IMG/VR virus record: IMGVR_UViG_3300005739_000025
Origin: a virus
Taxonomy: Duplodnaviria; Caudoviricetes
DNA length: 64,000 bases
Direction: 5' to 3' (one strand)
Both the position numbers and the translations under genes were made by a program. Below, piece after piece: positions 10,415 through 18,226 of the stretch (the first letter of the stretch is position 1; each line of letters opens with the position of its first letter). A model generated the notes under the pieces. The model worked only from the letters and a program-made list of their open reading frames with translations, was not told the DNA's origin and did no database searches.

Positions 10415-10603
10415 ATGTATATTGTTAAAGTAGGAAAAGAAGAAGGGGCTCTTGAAAAAGCTCTTAAAAGGTTGAAATCTAAGATAATAGAAGATGGTCT
10501 TATGGAAGAATTATATAGACTTAGAGCTTTTGAGACCCCCAAGGAAAAGAAAAAGCGAAAACTTAGAATTAGATCTAAAGTATTTACTCGAAATAAATCT
10601 TGA
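10415..10603 (+). CDS. rpsU: 30S ribosomal protein bS21
   Basis: 62 aa basic protein: LEKALKRLK...GLMEELYRLRAFETPKEKKKRK matches the bS21 pattern. Confidence 0.85.
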   Translation: MYIVKVGKEEGALEKALKRLKSKIIEDGLMEELYRLRAFETPKEKKKRKLRIRSKVFTRNKS

Positions 10604-10634
10604 CTAAATTTGTAATTCCTCGATAATAGGTACA

Positions 10635-11471
10635 ATGAAAATTGACCTAGAAAAAACAAGCTTCATTAATGTAGAGGAAGTTGAAATTCCTTCCTCTTTT
10701 TACAATCGATTTAAGACTGAAAACAATCTTATCGATACTTTGTTCGGAGGCGGTGGCTTCCTCCCCGGTACTTCTTTCGCTCTAGCCGGGGGCCCCGGTT
10801 CTGGTAAATCTACTTTTCTTCTCCAGATTGGTGGTATTCTAGCTTCTCAAGGCAAGAACGTAGCTTATATTTCTGGCGAAGAGAGTGTTGTTCAAATCTC
10901 GTTTAACTGTAAGCGAATGAACATTAAGGGGGTCAAGGTGTCTAATATGACAGATGTTGACGAAATTTGTCAACAACTTGAAAAGAATAAATTTGACTTT
11001 GTTGTTATTGACTCTTTCCCGACTATCACTGCTAAGAGGGCTAAGTCGTTCAAGAAGCGCGAAGAGTATGTTATTAGTCGCTTGTGCAGTACTGCTAAGA
11101 AGACAGATACAGTCATTGGTTTTATTCAGCACGTTACTAAACAAGGCAATTATAAAGGGTCAACTCTTCTTCCTCACTCTGTTGATATGACCATTAAACT
11201 TACAAAGAACGAGGACGATCCTCAGAATCTTAACCTTCGTGACTTTATGGTCACTAAGAATCGTTTTGGGTCTAATGCGTTTATATCGCTCAATCTCACT
11301 CAACATGGATTTGATCTTGACAAAGACGTTAAAGCTAATGACCCTCTTGAAGGTGTGAGAGCTATTACTATGCAGCAAGCGGTTAGTATGTTCGGAACAT
11401 ACTACAAAGCCCATAAGATTCTTCAGCAGAAGGGTTTTGTTAAGAAGAGTAAGAAGTTTGTTAGAAACTAA
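10635..11471 (+). CDS. RadA/Sms-like RecA-superfamily ATPase (no Zn finger or Lon-like domain)
   Basis: GGPGSGKSTFLLQ, YISGEES, VVIDS, HVTKQG, HSVD, KNRFG. Confidence 0.8.
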   Translation: MKIDLEKTSFINVEEVEIPSSFYNRFKTENNLIDTLFGGGGFLPGTSFALAGGPGSGKSTFLLQIGGILASQGKNVAYISGEESVVQISFNCKRMNIKGVKVSNMTDVDEICQQLEKNKFDFVVIDSFPTITAKRAKSFKKREEYVISRLCSTAKKTDTVIGFIQHVTKQGNYKGSTLLPHSVDMTIKLTKNEDDPQNLNLRDFMVTKNRFGSNAFISLNLTQHGFDLDKDVKANDPLEGVRAITMQQAVSMFGTYYKAHKILQQKGFVKKSKKFVRN

Positions 11472-11883
11472 ATCTTAATGGCTTTTTACCAGCAGTAGGA
11501 GCTACAGGTTTTGAAGTAGGAGCAGGAGTAGATGTCGGTTGATTATAACCTGTTGCTGAAGGCGAACCAGGCTCACTTACTGATCCAGCTTGAAGGTTTA
11601 CTAAGTCAGGATTACTTTGAGCAGCTGCTGGAATACCCTTAATTTGTTTATAGATAGATAAAACATTACCATTTTGAAGTAATTGTTGCATAGCTTTTTT
11701 AACATCAGCACTTAAATTTGAACCTTGTACTAATGCTAATACTTGAGCAATATCTTTTCCTTCAACTTCTTGTTTAATTTGTCCTACAATATTTTGAACA
11801 TCGTCTTGTTGAACATTCTGCAAATTACTTTGCTCCTTAAGTGCTTTGTAGCTTTCAAAAATAAATTTACTGTCTCTATGCAT
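11461..11883 (-). CDS. Probable head-packaged protein (RDSKFIFESY leader)
   Basis: Leader shared with late genes; TAAATA 5 nt upstream. Confidence 0.55.
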   Translation of the reverse strand: MHRDSKFIFESYKALKEQSNLQNVQQDDVQNIVGQIKQEVEGKDIAQVLALVQGSNLSADVKKAMQQLLQNGNVLSIYKQIKGIPAAAQSNPDLVNLQAGSVSEPGSPSATGYNQPTSTPAPTSKPVAPTAGKKPLRFSF

Positions 11884-11941
11884 AATTATATTTATAAAAA
11901 AAGCTTTATCTTTTACAGGGTTCTAGTATAATATATCGTAT

Positions 11942-12027
11942 GCCCGAGTGGTGGAATGGCAGACACAACGGACTTAAAATCCGTTGGCTTCACGGCCGTG
12001 TGGGTTCGAGTCCCACCTCGGGTACCA
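11942..12027 (+). tRNA. trnL: tRNA-Leu(UAA), CCA encoded
   Basis: GCCCGAG/CTCGGGT acceptor, acgga-ctTAAaa-tccgt, long variable arm, GGTTCGAGTCC. Confidence 0.95.
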
Positions 12028-12123
12028 TTTTAGACTAAATAAAATAGTATGACACTTTACATACAAAATAAACAATATAGAATAGAACAGCTCCTGGGCT
12101 GAGTTCTAACGTTGTTTACTTGG

Positions 12124-12156
12124 AACCCCGGCCTGTATAACAAGCCGGGGTTTTTT
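12124..12156 (+). terminator. Intrinsic terminator
   Basis: aaccccggc/gccggggtt stem followed by a T run. Confidence 0.75.
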
Positions 12157-12428
12157 ATTGATCTTTGACAATTTATAATATGAAAGAGAGGAGGTATTTA
12201 ATAGCCCAAGAAAACTTTCTTTTACTAAATCTCTTTTTACGAGGTTTACTTAAAGACTGTTCTCTGCTATTAATATAGCCAATCCCCCCATACATGCTAT
12301 AAACCAGACCAAGACCATTTGTGTAGTGGTGTGTGTTCATAACATGTATATTTATTGAAAAGATAAAGTAAATAAAGTTGAAACAAGTTTAAGATTTCTT
12401 AATACTTGTAGACATCAGTATTAAATTA

Positions 12429-12512
12429 GGGAGTCCGGTAAAGTTGGAGAGTTACTGTGGACTGTAAATCCACCGCCACTTGGCTAAATAGGTTCGAATC
12501 CTTTGGCTCCCA
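12429..12512 (+). tRNA. trnY: tRNA-Tyr(GUA)
   Basis: GGGAGTC/GGCTCCC acceptor, gtgga-ctGTAaa-tccac, long variable arm, GGTTCGAATCC. Confidence 0.9.
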
Positions 12513-12517
12513 TTTAT

Positions 12518-13519
12518 ATGAAAACTGCTAAAATTATAGGTTGTGGGTTATCTGGCATTACTTCAGCCGTTCTCTTAAAGGAGAAAGATTATAAGGTAAC
12601 TATATTTGAACAGAGAAACCATATTGGAGGCAATTGCTTTGATCAAGAAATAAACGGAGTTAACGTACACAAATACGGGCCTCATATCTTTCATACTAAT
12701 GATGAAGAAGTATTTGCTTTTCTTAGCAGGTTTACAGGTTGGTTTCCATTTAAGAACCAGCCATTAGGTATAACTGATATAGGTCCTATTCCCTTACCAT
12801 ATAGTCGTAAGACAGTTAAAGTTATAGGTAGAGAGTTATCTCAAGAAGAAATTGTAGATTTGATCTTTAAAGGGTATTCAGAAAAACAATGGGGTGTTCC
12901 ATTTGATCAGATACCAAAGTCTATTACAAATAGAATACCTAAAACAAAAGATTGTGACGATCCTACATGGTATGAAGGAGAGAAGTATCAGTGTCTTCCT
13001 TATCCAAGCTATACAAAGATGATGGAAAATATGTTAGAGGGAATAGAGGTTAGACTTGGTTGTTCTGAAAACGATTGGAAAGAATATAATGCTGATCTAA
13101 CAGTCTATACAGGAAAAATAGATCAATACTTTAACTTCTGTTTTGGTAAACTTCCATATAGATCATTGGATTTTGATTTTAAAATCAATTCTAATAGATT
13201 AGATAACTCTATTTTAAATTACAATCAAAAAGAAAAACCTTATACCAGGGTAGTAGATTATGGTTATTTTACATACAATTACGATAAACCTGAAACAGTA
13301 GTTGTTGCAGAATACCCAAAAGAATGCGGTGATAGTAATATTCCTTACTATCCAATCCCTTTTGGTAATGGAATAGAAATATATAACAAATACAAAGAGC
13401 TTGCAGATAAAGAAGAAAATACTATATTTGTAGGAAGATTAGCTACCTATACATATCTGGATATGTGGATGGCAGTTAGGCAAGCAATGTTGAAAATTAA
13501 AAATTACCTCGTGGTGTAA
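12518..13519 (+). CDS. glf: UDP-galactopyranose mutase
   Basis: IIGCGLSG FAD motif, HIGGNCFD, VHKYGPHIFHT, LPYRSL, PYYP, GRLATYTYLDM; start set to ATG 12518 after tRNA-Tyr. Confidence 0.92.
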   Translation: MKTAKIIGCGLSGITSAVLLKEKDYKVTIFEQRNHIGGNCFDQEINGVNVHKYGPHIFHTNDEEVFAFLSRFTGWFPFKNQPLGITDIGPIPLPYSRKTVKVIGRELSQEEIVDLIFKGYSEKQWGVPFDQIPKSITNRIPKTKDCDDPTWYEGEKYQCLPYPSYTKMMENMLEGIEVRLGCSENDWKEYNADLTVYTGKIDQYFNFCFGKLPYRSLDFDFKINSNRLDNSILNYNQKEKPYTRVVDYGYFTYNYDKPETVVVAEYPKECGDSNIPYYPIPFGNGIEIYNKYKELADKEENTIFVGRLATYTYLDMWMAVRQAMLKIKNYLVV

Positions 13520-13578
13520 TGGTAACACAGAAGCCTTTGGAGCTTTTATTCATAGTTCGAGTCTATGCGAGGTAGCCA
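13505..13578 (+). tRNA. trnQ: tRNA-Gln(UUG), CCA encoded
   Basis: TACCTCG/CGAGGTA acceptor, gaagc-ctTTGga-gcttt, AGTTCGAGTCT. Confidence 0.9.
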
Positions 13579-13652
13579 TAAATAATTTTTGTGGAATATT
13601 TTAAAACTATCTTTAAACTAATAGGCGAAATGTTTGAAGAGCTGTTTGGAAA

Positions 13653-13853
13653 ATGAATAAACAATCATTAATTATGGAGCTTGCTAAGCTTCAATTAGAA
13701 TACCAACAAGCTGTCAACTCTTTTAGTAACAAAGGGGTTTTTATAGACTTAGAGTCCCGCACACAAAAGGCTTATGGTTCGCTGATGAAGCTTGGAATGA
13801 ACCCTAAAGATATTAAAGAAGAAGTAGAAGAAATGATAAGAAATAGCTGGTAA
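13653..13853 (+). CDS. Hypothetical protein
   Basis: ORF between tRNAs. Confidence 0.45.
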   Translation: MNKQSLIMELAKLQLEYQQAVNSFSNKGVFIDLESRTQKAYGSLMKLGMNPKDIKEEVEEMIRNSW

Positions 13854-13882
13854 GTTTTAAAGGTTCCTATATACTATAGATA

Positions 13883-14068
13883 ATGAAATTCGAAAACGCA
13901 TTGCTTATTTTTATAGCCATTTATATTATTATAGATTCTATTCTTTCAGTACTAGATTCTAATAAGATTAATAATCTTCAAACACAAATCGATGAGCTTA
14001 AAATTATTGTTGATCAGAAGTTTTTATCTTCGATGGTTTTAGACACATACAATTTAATGCCCCGATAG
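13883..14068 (+). CDS. Small membrane-anchored coiled-coil protein
   Basis: N-terminal hydrophobic helix; GGTTCC-ta-TATACT 7 nt before ATG. Confidence 0.55.
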   Translation: MKFENALLIFIAIYIIIDSILSVLDSNKINNLQTQIDELKIIVDQKFLSSMVLDTYNLMPR

Positions 14069-14151
14069 TTTAATGGCAGAACACAGGTCTTATACACCTG
14101 AAGCTGGGAGACGCTGGCGTAGTGAAGGTTCGAGTCCTTCTCGGGGTACCA
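14059..14151 (+). tRNA. trnI: tRNA-Ile(UAU) with long variable region, CCA encoded
   Basis: GCCCCGA/TCGGGGT acceptor, caggt-ctTATac-acctg, 23-nt variable region, gaagg-TTCGAGT-ccttc. Confidence 0.85.
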
Positions 14152-14157
14152 AAAATT

Positions 14158-14298
14158 ATGGCACAGAAAACTAAAAATAACATTATAGGAAAAAGTTCTT
14201 TGGGAACTCATTACACTCAAGCAAAGAACGTTCGTCAGTTCTATAATAAGAATACTAGAGCTCAACGTTCTGATGCTGGTAAACGTAGGAAACCTTAA
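14158..14298 (+). CDS. 46-aa basic peptide, RSDAG family copy 1
   Basis: MAQKTKNNIIGK...NTRAQRSDAGKRRKP (own translation, below track cut-off). Confidence 0.65.
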   Translation: MAQKTKNNIIGKSSLGTHYTQAKNVRQFYNKNTRAQRSDAGKRRKP

Positions 14299-14299
14299 T

Positions 14300-14434
14300 A
14301 TGGCTAAAAATAAAATTGTAGGCGATTGGGGTGCATGGAGTGCTGGTAATAAGCAGACAGCGGCTAGCCTTAGAAAAGTTGGTATTAAAGCTCGTGCGCG
14401 AAGGTCTGACGCTGGTAAAAAGAGAAAGCCTTAA
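14300..14434 (+). CDS. 44-aa basic peptide, RSDAG family copy 2
   Basis: MAKNKIVGDWGAW...KARARRSDAGKKRKP. Confidence 0.65.
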   Translation: MAKNKIVGDWGAWSAGNKQTAASLRKVGIKARARRSDAGKKRKP

Positions 14435-14435
14435 T

Positions 14436-14573
14436 ATGATTATTCAAGCCTGGGGACATAAAAACGCATCTAAAAATGCCGCAAAACAAGCTAGAGCATT
14501 TGGTTATAAGGCGCGTGCAAAAAGATCTGATGCAGGTTACAAGCGCATGCGCAAGCCTAGACCGCCAAAATAA
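14436..14573 (+). CDS. 45-aa basic peptide, RSDAG family copy 3
   Basis: MIIQAWGHKNA...KARAKRSDAGYKRMRKPRPPK; start moved from the track's 14331. Confidence 0.65.
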   Translation: MIIQAWGHKNASKNAAKQARAFGYKARAKRSDAGYKRMRKPRPPK

Positions 14574-14579
14574 AATTAC

Positions 14580-14652
14580 GGCCTTGTAGCTCAATGGTTA
14601 GAGCAGTCGGCTCATAATCGATTGGTTGTAGGTTCGAATCCTACCGGGGCCA
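14580..14652 (+). tRNA. trnI: tRNA with CAU anticodon, likely Ile2 (lysidine) type
   Basis: GGCCTTG/CGGGGCC acceptor, gtcgg-ctCATaa-tcgat; G1-C72 pair argues against an initiator; Met elongator not excluded. Confidence 0.85.
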
Positions 14653-14868
14653 CAATTTGGCTAGGCGCATGCTCCAAAGGATCCAAATGCTACGGAGACT
14701 CCCGCGCTAGAGACGATGCAATGTTTGCGCAAACAACATCTAATTCTAGAGGAAGGAACTTAAGACCTTCTAGCCAATATTTTTTCTTACTTGCATACTC
14801 GGGGTCTTCCATGTAATATTGGAGCTAGTCTAACCCATAAGGTGTTGCAAGTAAGAACTTTTTTCGTA

Positions 14869-14940
14869 GGGTCGGTAGCTTAATGGTAAAGCAGCTGGCT
14901 TTTAACCAGTTGAGTGCGAGTTCGACTCTCGCCCGACCCA
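14869..14940 (+). tRNA. trnK: tRNA-Lys(UUU)
   Basis: GGGTCGG/CCGACCC acceptor, gctgg-ctTTTaa-ccagt. Confidence 0.92.
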
Positions 14941-14983
14941 TACCAATATCCATATAAGGCACTACTTAAGAATAAATAATAGT

Positions 14984-15400
14984 ATGAAACTTCATAATAA
15001 ACAAAAAGGTAATATAGGAGAAGCTGCTACTGCTCTTTTTTTGCTCAAAAAAGGCTACCCAGTGTTTAAAGAGCTAGGAGATTTATCTAAAGTAGATTTG
15101 TTGACAATTATTAATAACAGATGTTATAAAATACAAGTTAAAAATGCATCACGCGAAACTAACAAAGGTTCATTTACTTTTAATACTATTAAATATGGAC
15201 CAAATTATTCTTACAAATATAAAAAAGAAGATGTAGATATTTTTGCAGTCTATATTTCAACCATAGATGAATTAGTATTTTTGGGTTGGGGTGATTTAAA
15301 AAATGATACCCTTAATATTAGATATAAAAAAAGCTTGAACAACCAAAGTAAAAATATAAACTGGTATGAAGATTTTAAAAATTTTGATAGATTAATTTAA
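14984..15400 (+). CDS. PD-(D/E)XK endonuclease, free-standing homing type
   Basis: KGNIGEA...KVDLL...IQVKNA; C-terminal YKKEDVDIFAVY; TAAATA 5 nt upstream. Confidence 0.8.
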   Translation: MKLHNKQKGNIGEAATALFLLKKGYPVFKELGDLSKVDLLTIINNRCYKIQVKNASRETNKGSFTFNTIKYGPNYSYKYKKEDVDIFAVYISTIDELVFLGWGDLKNDTLNIRYKKSLNNQSKNINWYEDFKNFDRLI

Positions 15401-15435
15401 GGTATTGGTTCTGGGTTCGAGTCCCACCCGTTCCA
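15396..15435 (+). pseudogene. Orphan 3' half of a tRNA
   Basis: tttaa-ggtat-tggtt-cTGGG-TTCGAGT-CCCAc-ccgttcc-a; no matching 5' half found in the window. Confidence 0.6.
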
Positions 15436-15446
15436 TAAATATTCAT

Positions 15447-15839
15447 ATGCCAGTTTGTACATCTTTTGATTTTATATCAGTAAAAAGCGCAGGACAAGGA
15501 TTGTTTAATGGATACTATGTTCCTATTTCCGGATTTAAAACTACAGAAGATGGGCTAGAGAGATATAGTCATTATGTTTTAAATTTCTTTCAAAATGAAG
15601 GATATCCTAGATTAGAAGTAACAAATTTATCAGGTACACACTATGTGTGGGCTTTAAAATCTGACCCATCTACAATAGTTTATAGAACAAATGCAGTTAC
15701 AACTTCTACAACTATTTCCCAATGTCCTAATGGTCTAACCTGGATGTGGGGCCCCAATACTTCTTCAGGTTCGATACCTTCCTCTTCAGGTAAAACAAAT
15801 AAAAGTATTGCAGCAGAAATGGCAGCTCTCATTTCTTAG
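15447..15839 (+). CDS. Hypothetical late protein
   Basis: TAAATA (15436-15441) 5 nt before ATG 15447. Confidence 0.5.
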   Translation: MPVCTSFDFISVKSAGQGLFNGYYVPISGFKTTEDGLERYSHYVLNFFQNEGYPRLEVTNLSGTHYVWALKSDPSTIVYRTNAVTTSTTISQCPNGLTWMWGPNTSSGSIPSSSGKTNKSIAAEMAALIS

Positions 15840-15873
15840 TTGATAAAATACCAATTTCTTTTAAACTAATTTT

Positions 15874-16158
15874 ATGATTTATGAAAATTATGGCATTGTT
15901 AGAACTGATGCCCCAGATCAACAGCTTATCAATTTAATTGAGTCCATGAGCAAATGTGTTAGAGAGACCGAAGGACACTTTTCTTACAGCAGATGGAATA
16001 GACTCGTGGAGATTTATTATTATCTTAGATATGGTCTTTATGGAGATGCATGGATTAAGATTAATGATTTAAGAGATGACTTAAGATGGAGAATTCCCGA
16101 GGACGTCTATCACACATTAAAAGACATTTGCAAGGGAATGAATGTTCGAATAGCATAA
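15874..16158 (+). CDS. Hypothetical protein
   Basis: ORF between the nuclease region and tRNA-Asn. Confidence 0.5.
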   Translation: MIYENYGIVRTDAPDQQLINLIESMSKCVRETEGHFSYSRWNRLVEIYYYLRYGLYGDAWIKINDLRDDLRWRIPEDVYHTLKDICKGMNVRIA

Positions 16159-16164
16159 TTTAAA

Positions 16165-16239
16165 ACCTAGGTAGCTCAATGGTAGAGCTAGCGGCTGTTA
16201 ACCGCTCGGTTGTAGGTTCGAATCCTACCCTAGGTGCCA
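16165..16239 (+). tRNA. trnN: tRNA-Asn(GUU), CCA encoded
   Basis: ACCTAGG/CCTAGGT acceptor, gcgg-ctGTTaa-ccgc, GGTTCGAATCC. Confidence 0.95.
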
Positions 16240-16243
16240 TTAC

Positions 16244-16319
16244 GCGTTGGTAGCTCAGTGGATAGAGCAGTAGCCTTCTAAGCTATTGGTCGCAGGTTCG
16301 ATCCCTGCCCGACGCGCCA
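16244..16319 (+). tRNA. trnR: tRNA-Arg(UCU), CCA encoded
   Basis: GCGTTGG/CCGACGC acceptor, gtagc-ctTCTaa-gctat, GGTTCGATCCC. Confidence 0.95.
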
Positions 16320-16723
16320 TTTTTACTTGCTCTTTAATGAAGAGCTTATAAACTAAAATATATGAATAAATTAATTACCTTTCCAGATGAAAGCAAGTTT
16401 GAACTTATTTTTTGCGTGGAACATCCCAATCAATCGTTTCATGTTAAATATAAAGATAACAATATAGTTCAAGAGCTATTTGTTCCAAAAGATTTTATTT
16501 CTAATGAAAAGTAATTGGAAGGATATTAATATAGGAGACTTTTTTATTCCTGATTTAGTCTTAAACGGAGATACATTTTTGTATCAAAAGATTGACGAAC
16601 AAAAGCATAATGGCTATAATTGTATTTTGTTAAATACCGGGGAGCTTTGCAATATTTTTATTAATCCAACCTTACAAGAGCATTTTGTTAAAGTCGAAGT
16701 AACATTTAATTTAAGGGAGTTTA

Positions 16724-16870
16724 ATGGCTAGTAGAATAATTAAAGGATCAAATCATAGATACGAGACTGCTTCGTGGCTTAGAAAGCAAATCAATGCTGG
16801 TGTACCTAAGGGTTGTAAGATAAAGTTTAGAGCACAACGCAAAGACGCAGGTACCAAGCGAAGTAAATAA
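16724..16870 (+). CDS. 48-aa basic peptide, RSDAG family copy 4 (RKDAG variant)
   Basis: MASRIIKGSNHRYE...KFRAQRKDAGTKRSK, ends 6 nt before tRNA-Glu. Confidence 0.6.
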   Translation: MASRIIKGSNHRYETASWLRKQINAGVPKGCKIKFRAQRKDAGTKRSK

Positions 16871-16876
16871 TATTAC

Positions 16877-16948
16877 GTCGCCATCGTCTAACGGTTAGGA
16901 CACATGGTTTTCATCCATGCAATCGGAGTTCGATTCTCCGTGGCGATG
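16877..16948 (+). tRNA. trnE: tRNA-Glu(UUC)
   Basis: GTCGCCA/TGGCGAT acceptor, catgg-ttTTCat-ccatg, AGTTCGATTCT. Confidence 0.92.
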
Positions 16949-16992
16949 CTTATAGCTTGCACTATTCTTATCATATATTAAAATACTGGTCT

Positions 16993-17532
16993 ATGATTAA
17001 GAACATTATATATAGTGTTTTGGCAGCTGTAGCTATGGTTACCGTAGCTGTTGCCGGAACTGATTACAAAAAGAATGTTATTGAGGAAGACTGTAACTTT
17101 CGCAATAACGAGTGGCAAATTGATGCATATGGTGCTGGTGCCTTCTATAAGAACGGCCGTCCCGGTTGGGGTGGAGGAATCGGTGTTAACTATATCTTTG
17201 CCCGGTACTTTGGTATCGGAGTCGAGCAAGATTTAGTTGGACGTAATAGTACTGGTTCTAGTGCTTATGCTGAATGGGCTACCCTTGGTAACCTATTCCT
17301 CCGTTATCCAATCTGTTCTTTCAATCTCGCCCCCTACGCGATGGTAGGTGGGGGCGCGATTTACGGAACAAACAAAGGTATCGGCGTTGGGACAGTCGGT
17401 GGAGGCCTTGAGTGGCGCTTTGATGAAAACATTAGTGTTTTCTCAGACGCTCGTTGGCTTTATACCGGCAATGGAAACAACGACCACAGCGGTGCTATTC
17501 TTGGTCGCGCTGGTGTTCGCGTTGCATTCTAA
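16993..17532 (+). CDS. Outer-membrane beta-barrel protein (OmpA-like, probably 8-stranded) with signal peptide
   Basis: Signal peptide ending AVAG, alternating beta strands, C-terminal GVRVAF. Confidence 0.8.
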   Translation: MIKNIIYSVLAAVAMVTVAVAGTDYKKNVIEEDCNFRNNEWQIDAYGAGAFYKNGRPGWGGGIGVNYIFARYFGIGVEQDLVGRNSTGSSAYAEWATLGNLFLRYPICSFNLAPYAMVGGGAIYGTNKGIGVGTVGGGLEWRFDENISVFSDARWLYTGNGNNDHSGAILGRAGVRVAF

Positions 17533-17551
17533 TTAAATAGAAAAACAAGTT

Positions 17552-17582
17552 AAGAGCCAGTCGAAAGACTGGCTCTTTTTTT
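17552..17582 (+). terminator. Intrinsic terminator with GAAA tetraloop
   Basis: aagagccagtc-gaaa-gactggctctt then a T run. Confidence 0.85.
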
Positions 17583-17820
17583 ACCAAAAATATATTTCGT
17601 AAGAAGATTCGTAATAAGATGGTTTATCTGGAACTAATTTATCAAAGTTAACTTTATTTCTTATTTTATAATCGTAGTCATTTATTTTTCCTTTATAAGT
17701 TAAGACTAATTCATTCTTATGACTCTCTCTATCTCCTTGCTTTTCATAAGCATAATTACCTGACACGGTACACCCAGTTAAAAATACAACTAAAACTATT
17801 TGCATTAACTTTAAATGCAT
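17581..17820 (-). CDS. Putative lipoprotein
   Basis: Lipobox FLTGC after a hydrophobic segment. Confidence 0.55.
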   Translation of the reverse strand: MHLKLMQIVLVVFLTGCTVSGNYAYEKQGDRESHKNELVLTYKGKINDYDYKIRNKVNFDKLVPDKPSYYESSYEIYFW

Positions 17821-17833
17821 CTATAATGTATTT

Positions 17834-18226
17834 ATGAACGCTAAACACCAATTCAAATACACTTTTTCAGAATCTAATATGGAAGAATTCTCTCCTGTTG
17901 AGATTACATTTGAAGTTCCAGGAGATATTACAATTCCGCAGATGTTATATAACTTCGAATCATATCTTAAAGCCTGCGGTTTTTATTTTGATGGTCATTT
18001 AGAAATTGTTGATGAGACTTTAAATAATATCGATATAGCCGATGAAGTGTATGGCTATGTGGCTGACTTTGACAAAGAGTGTGGTTGTAAGACTACTTCT
18101 AGTCCTTTAGAGAAGTTTAACGAGGATCTATCTAAGCTTGAAAAAGAAGTAAAGAAAAATAAATGGGTACACGGTATTTGTAACCCTCCTTCATCTGATT
18201 GGAAAGTAACAAATAATGGAATATAG
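17834..18226 (+). CDS. Hypothetical phage protein
   Basis: ORF with FESYLKACGFYFDG; operon with the next two ORFs. Confidence 0.55.
   Translation: MNAKHQFKYTFSESNMEEFSPVEITFEVPGDITIPQMLYNFESYLKACGFYFDGHLEIVDETLNNIDIADEVYGYVADFDKECGCKTTSSPLEKFNEDLSKLEKEVKKNKWVHGICNPPSSDWKVTNNGI

Noticed and set aside
10635-11471. Calling this recA or full radA
   Set aside because: It lacks the RadA Zn finger and Lon-like domain and does not show full RecA motifs; left as a RadA-like ATPase.
14014-14816. Track ORFs 14014-14265(-), 14385-14594(-), 14622-14816(+) and the 14331 start
   Set aside because: They overlap tRNAs or the RSDAG peptide genes and are shadow frames; the real third peptide starts at 14436.
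15396-15435. Split or trans-spliced tRNA
   Set aside because: No 5' half (GGAACGG-like with a D-arm) found in the window, and too little non-coding space for an intron core around the nuclease.
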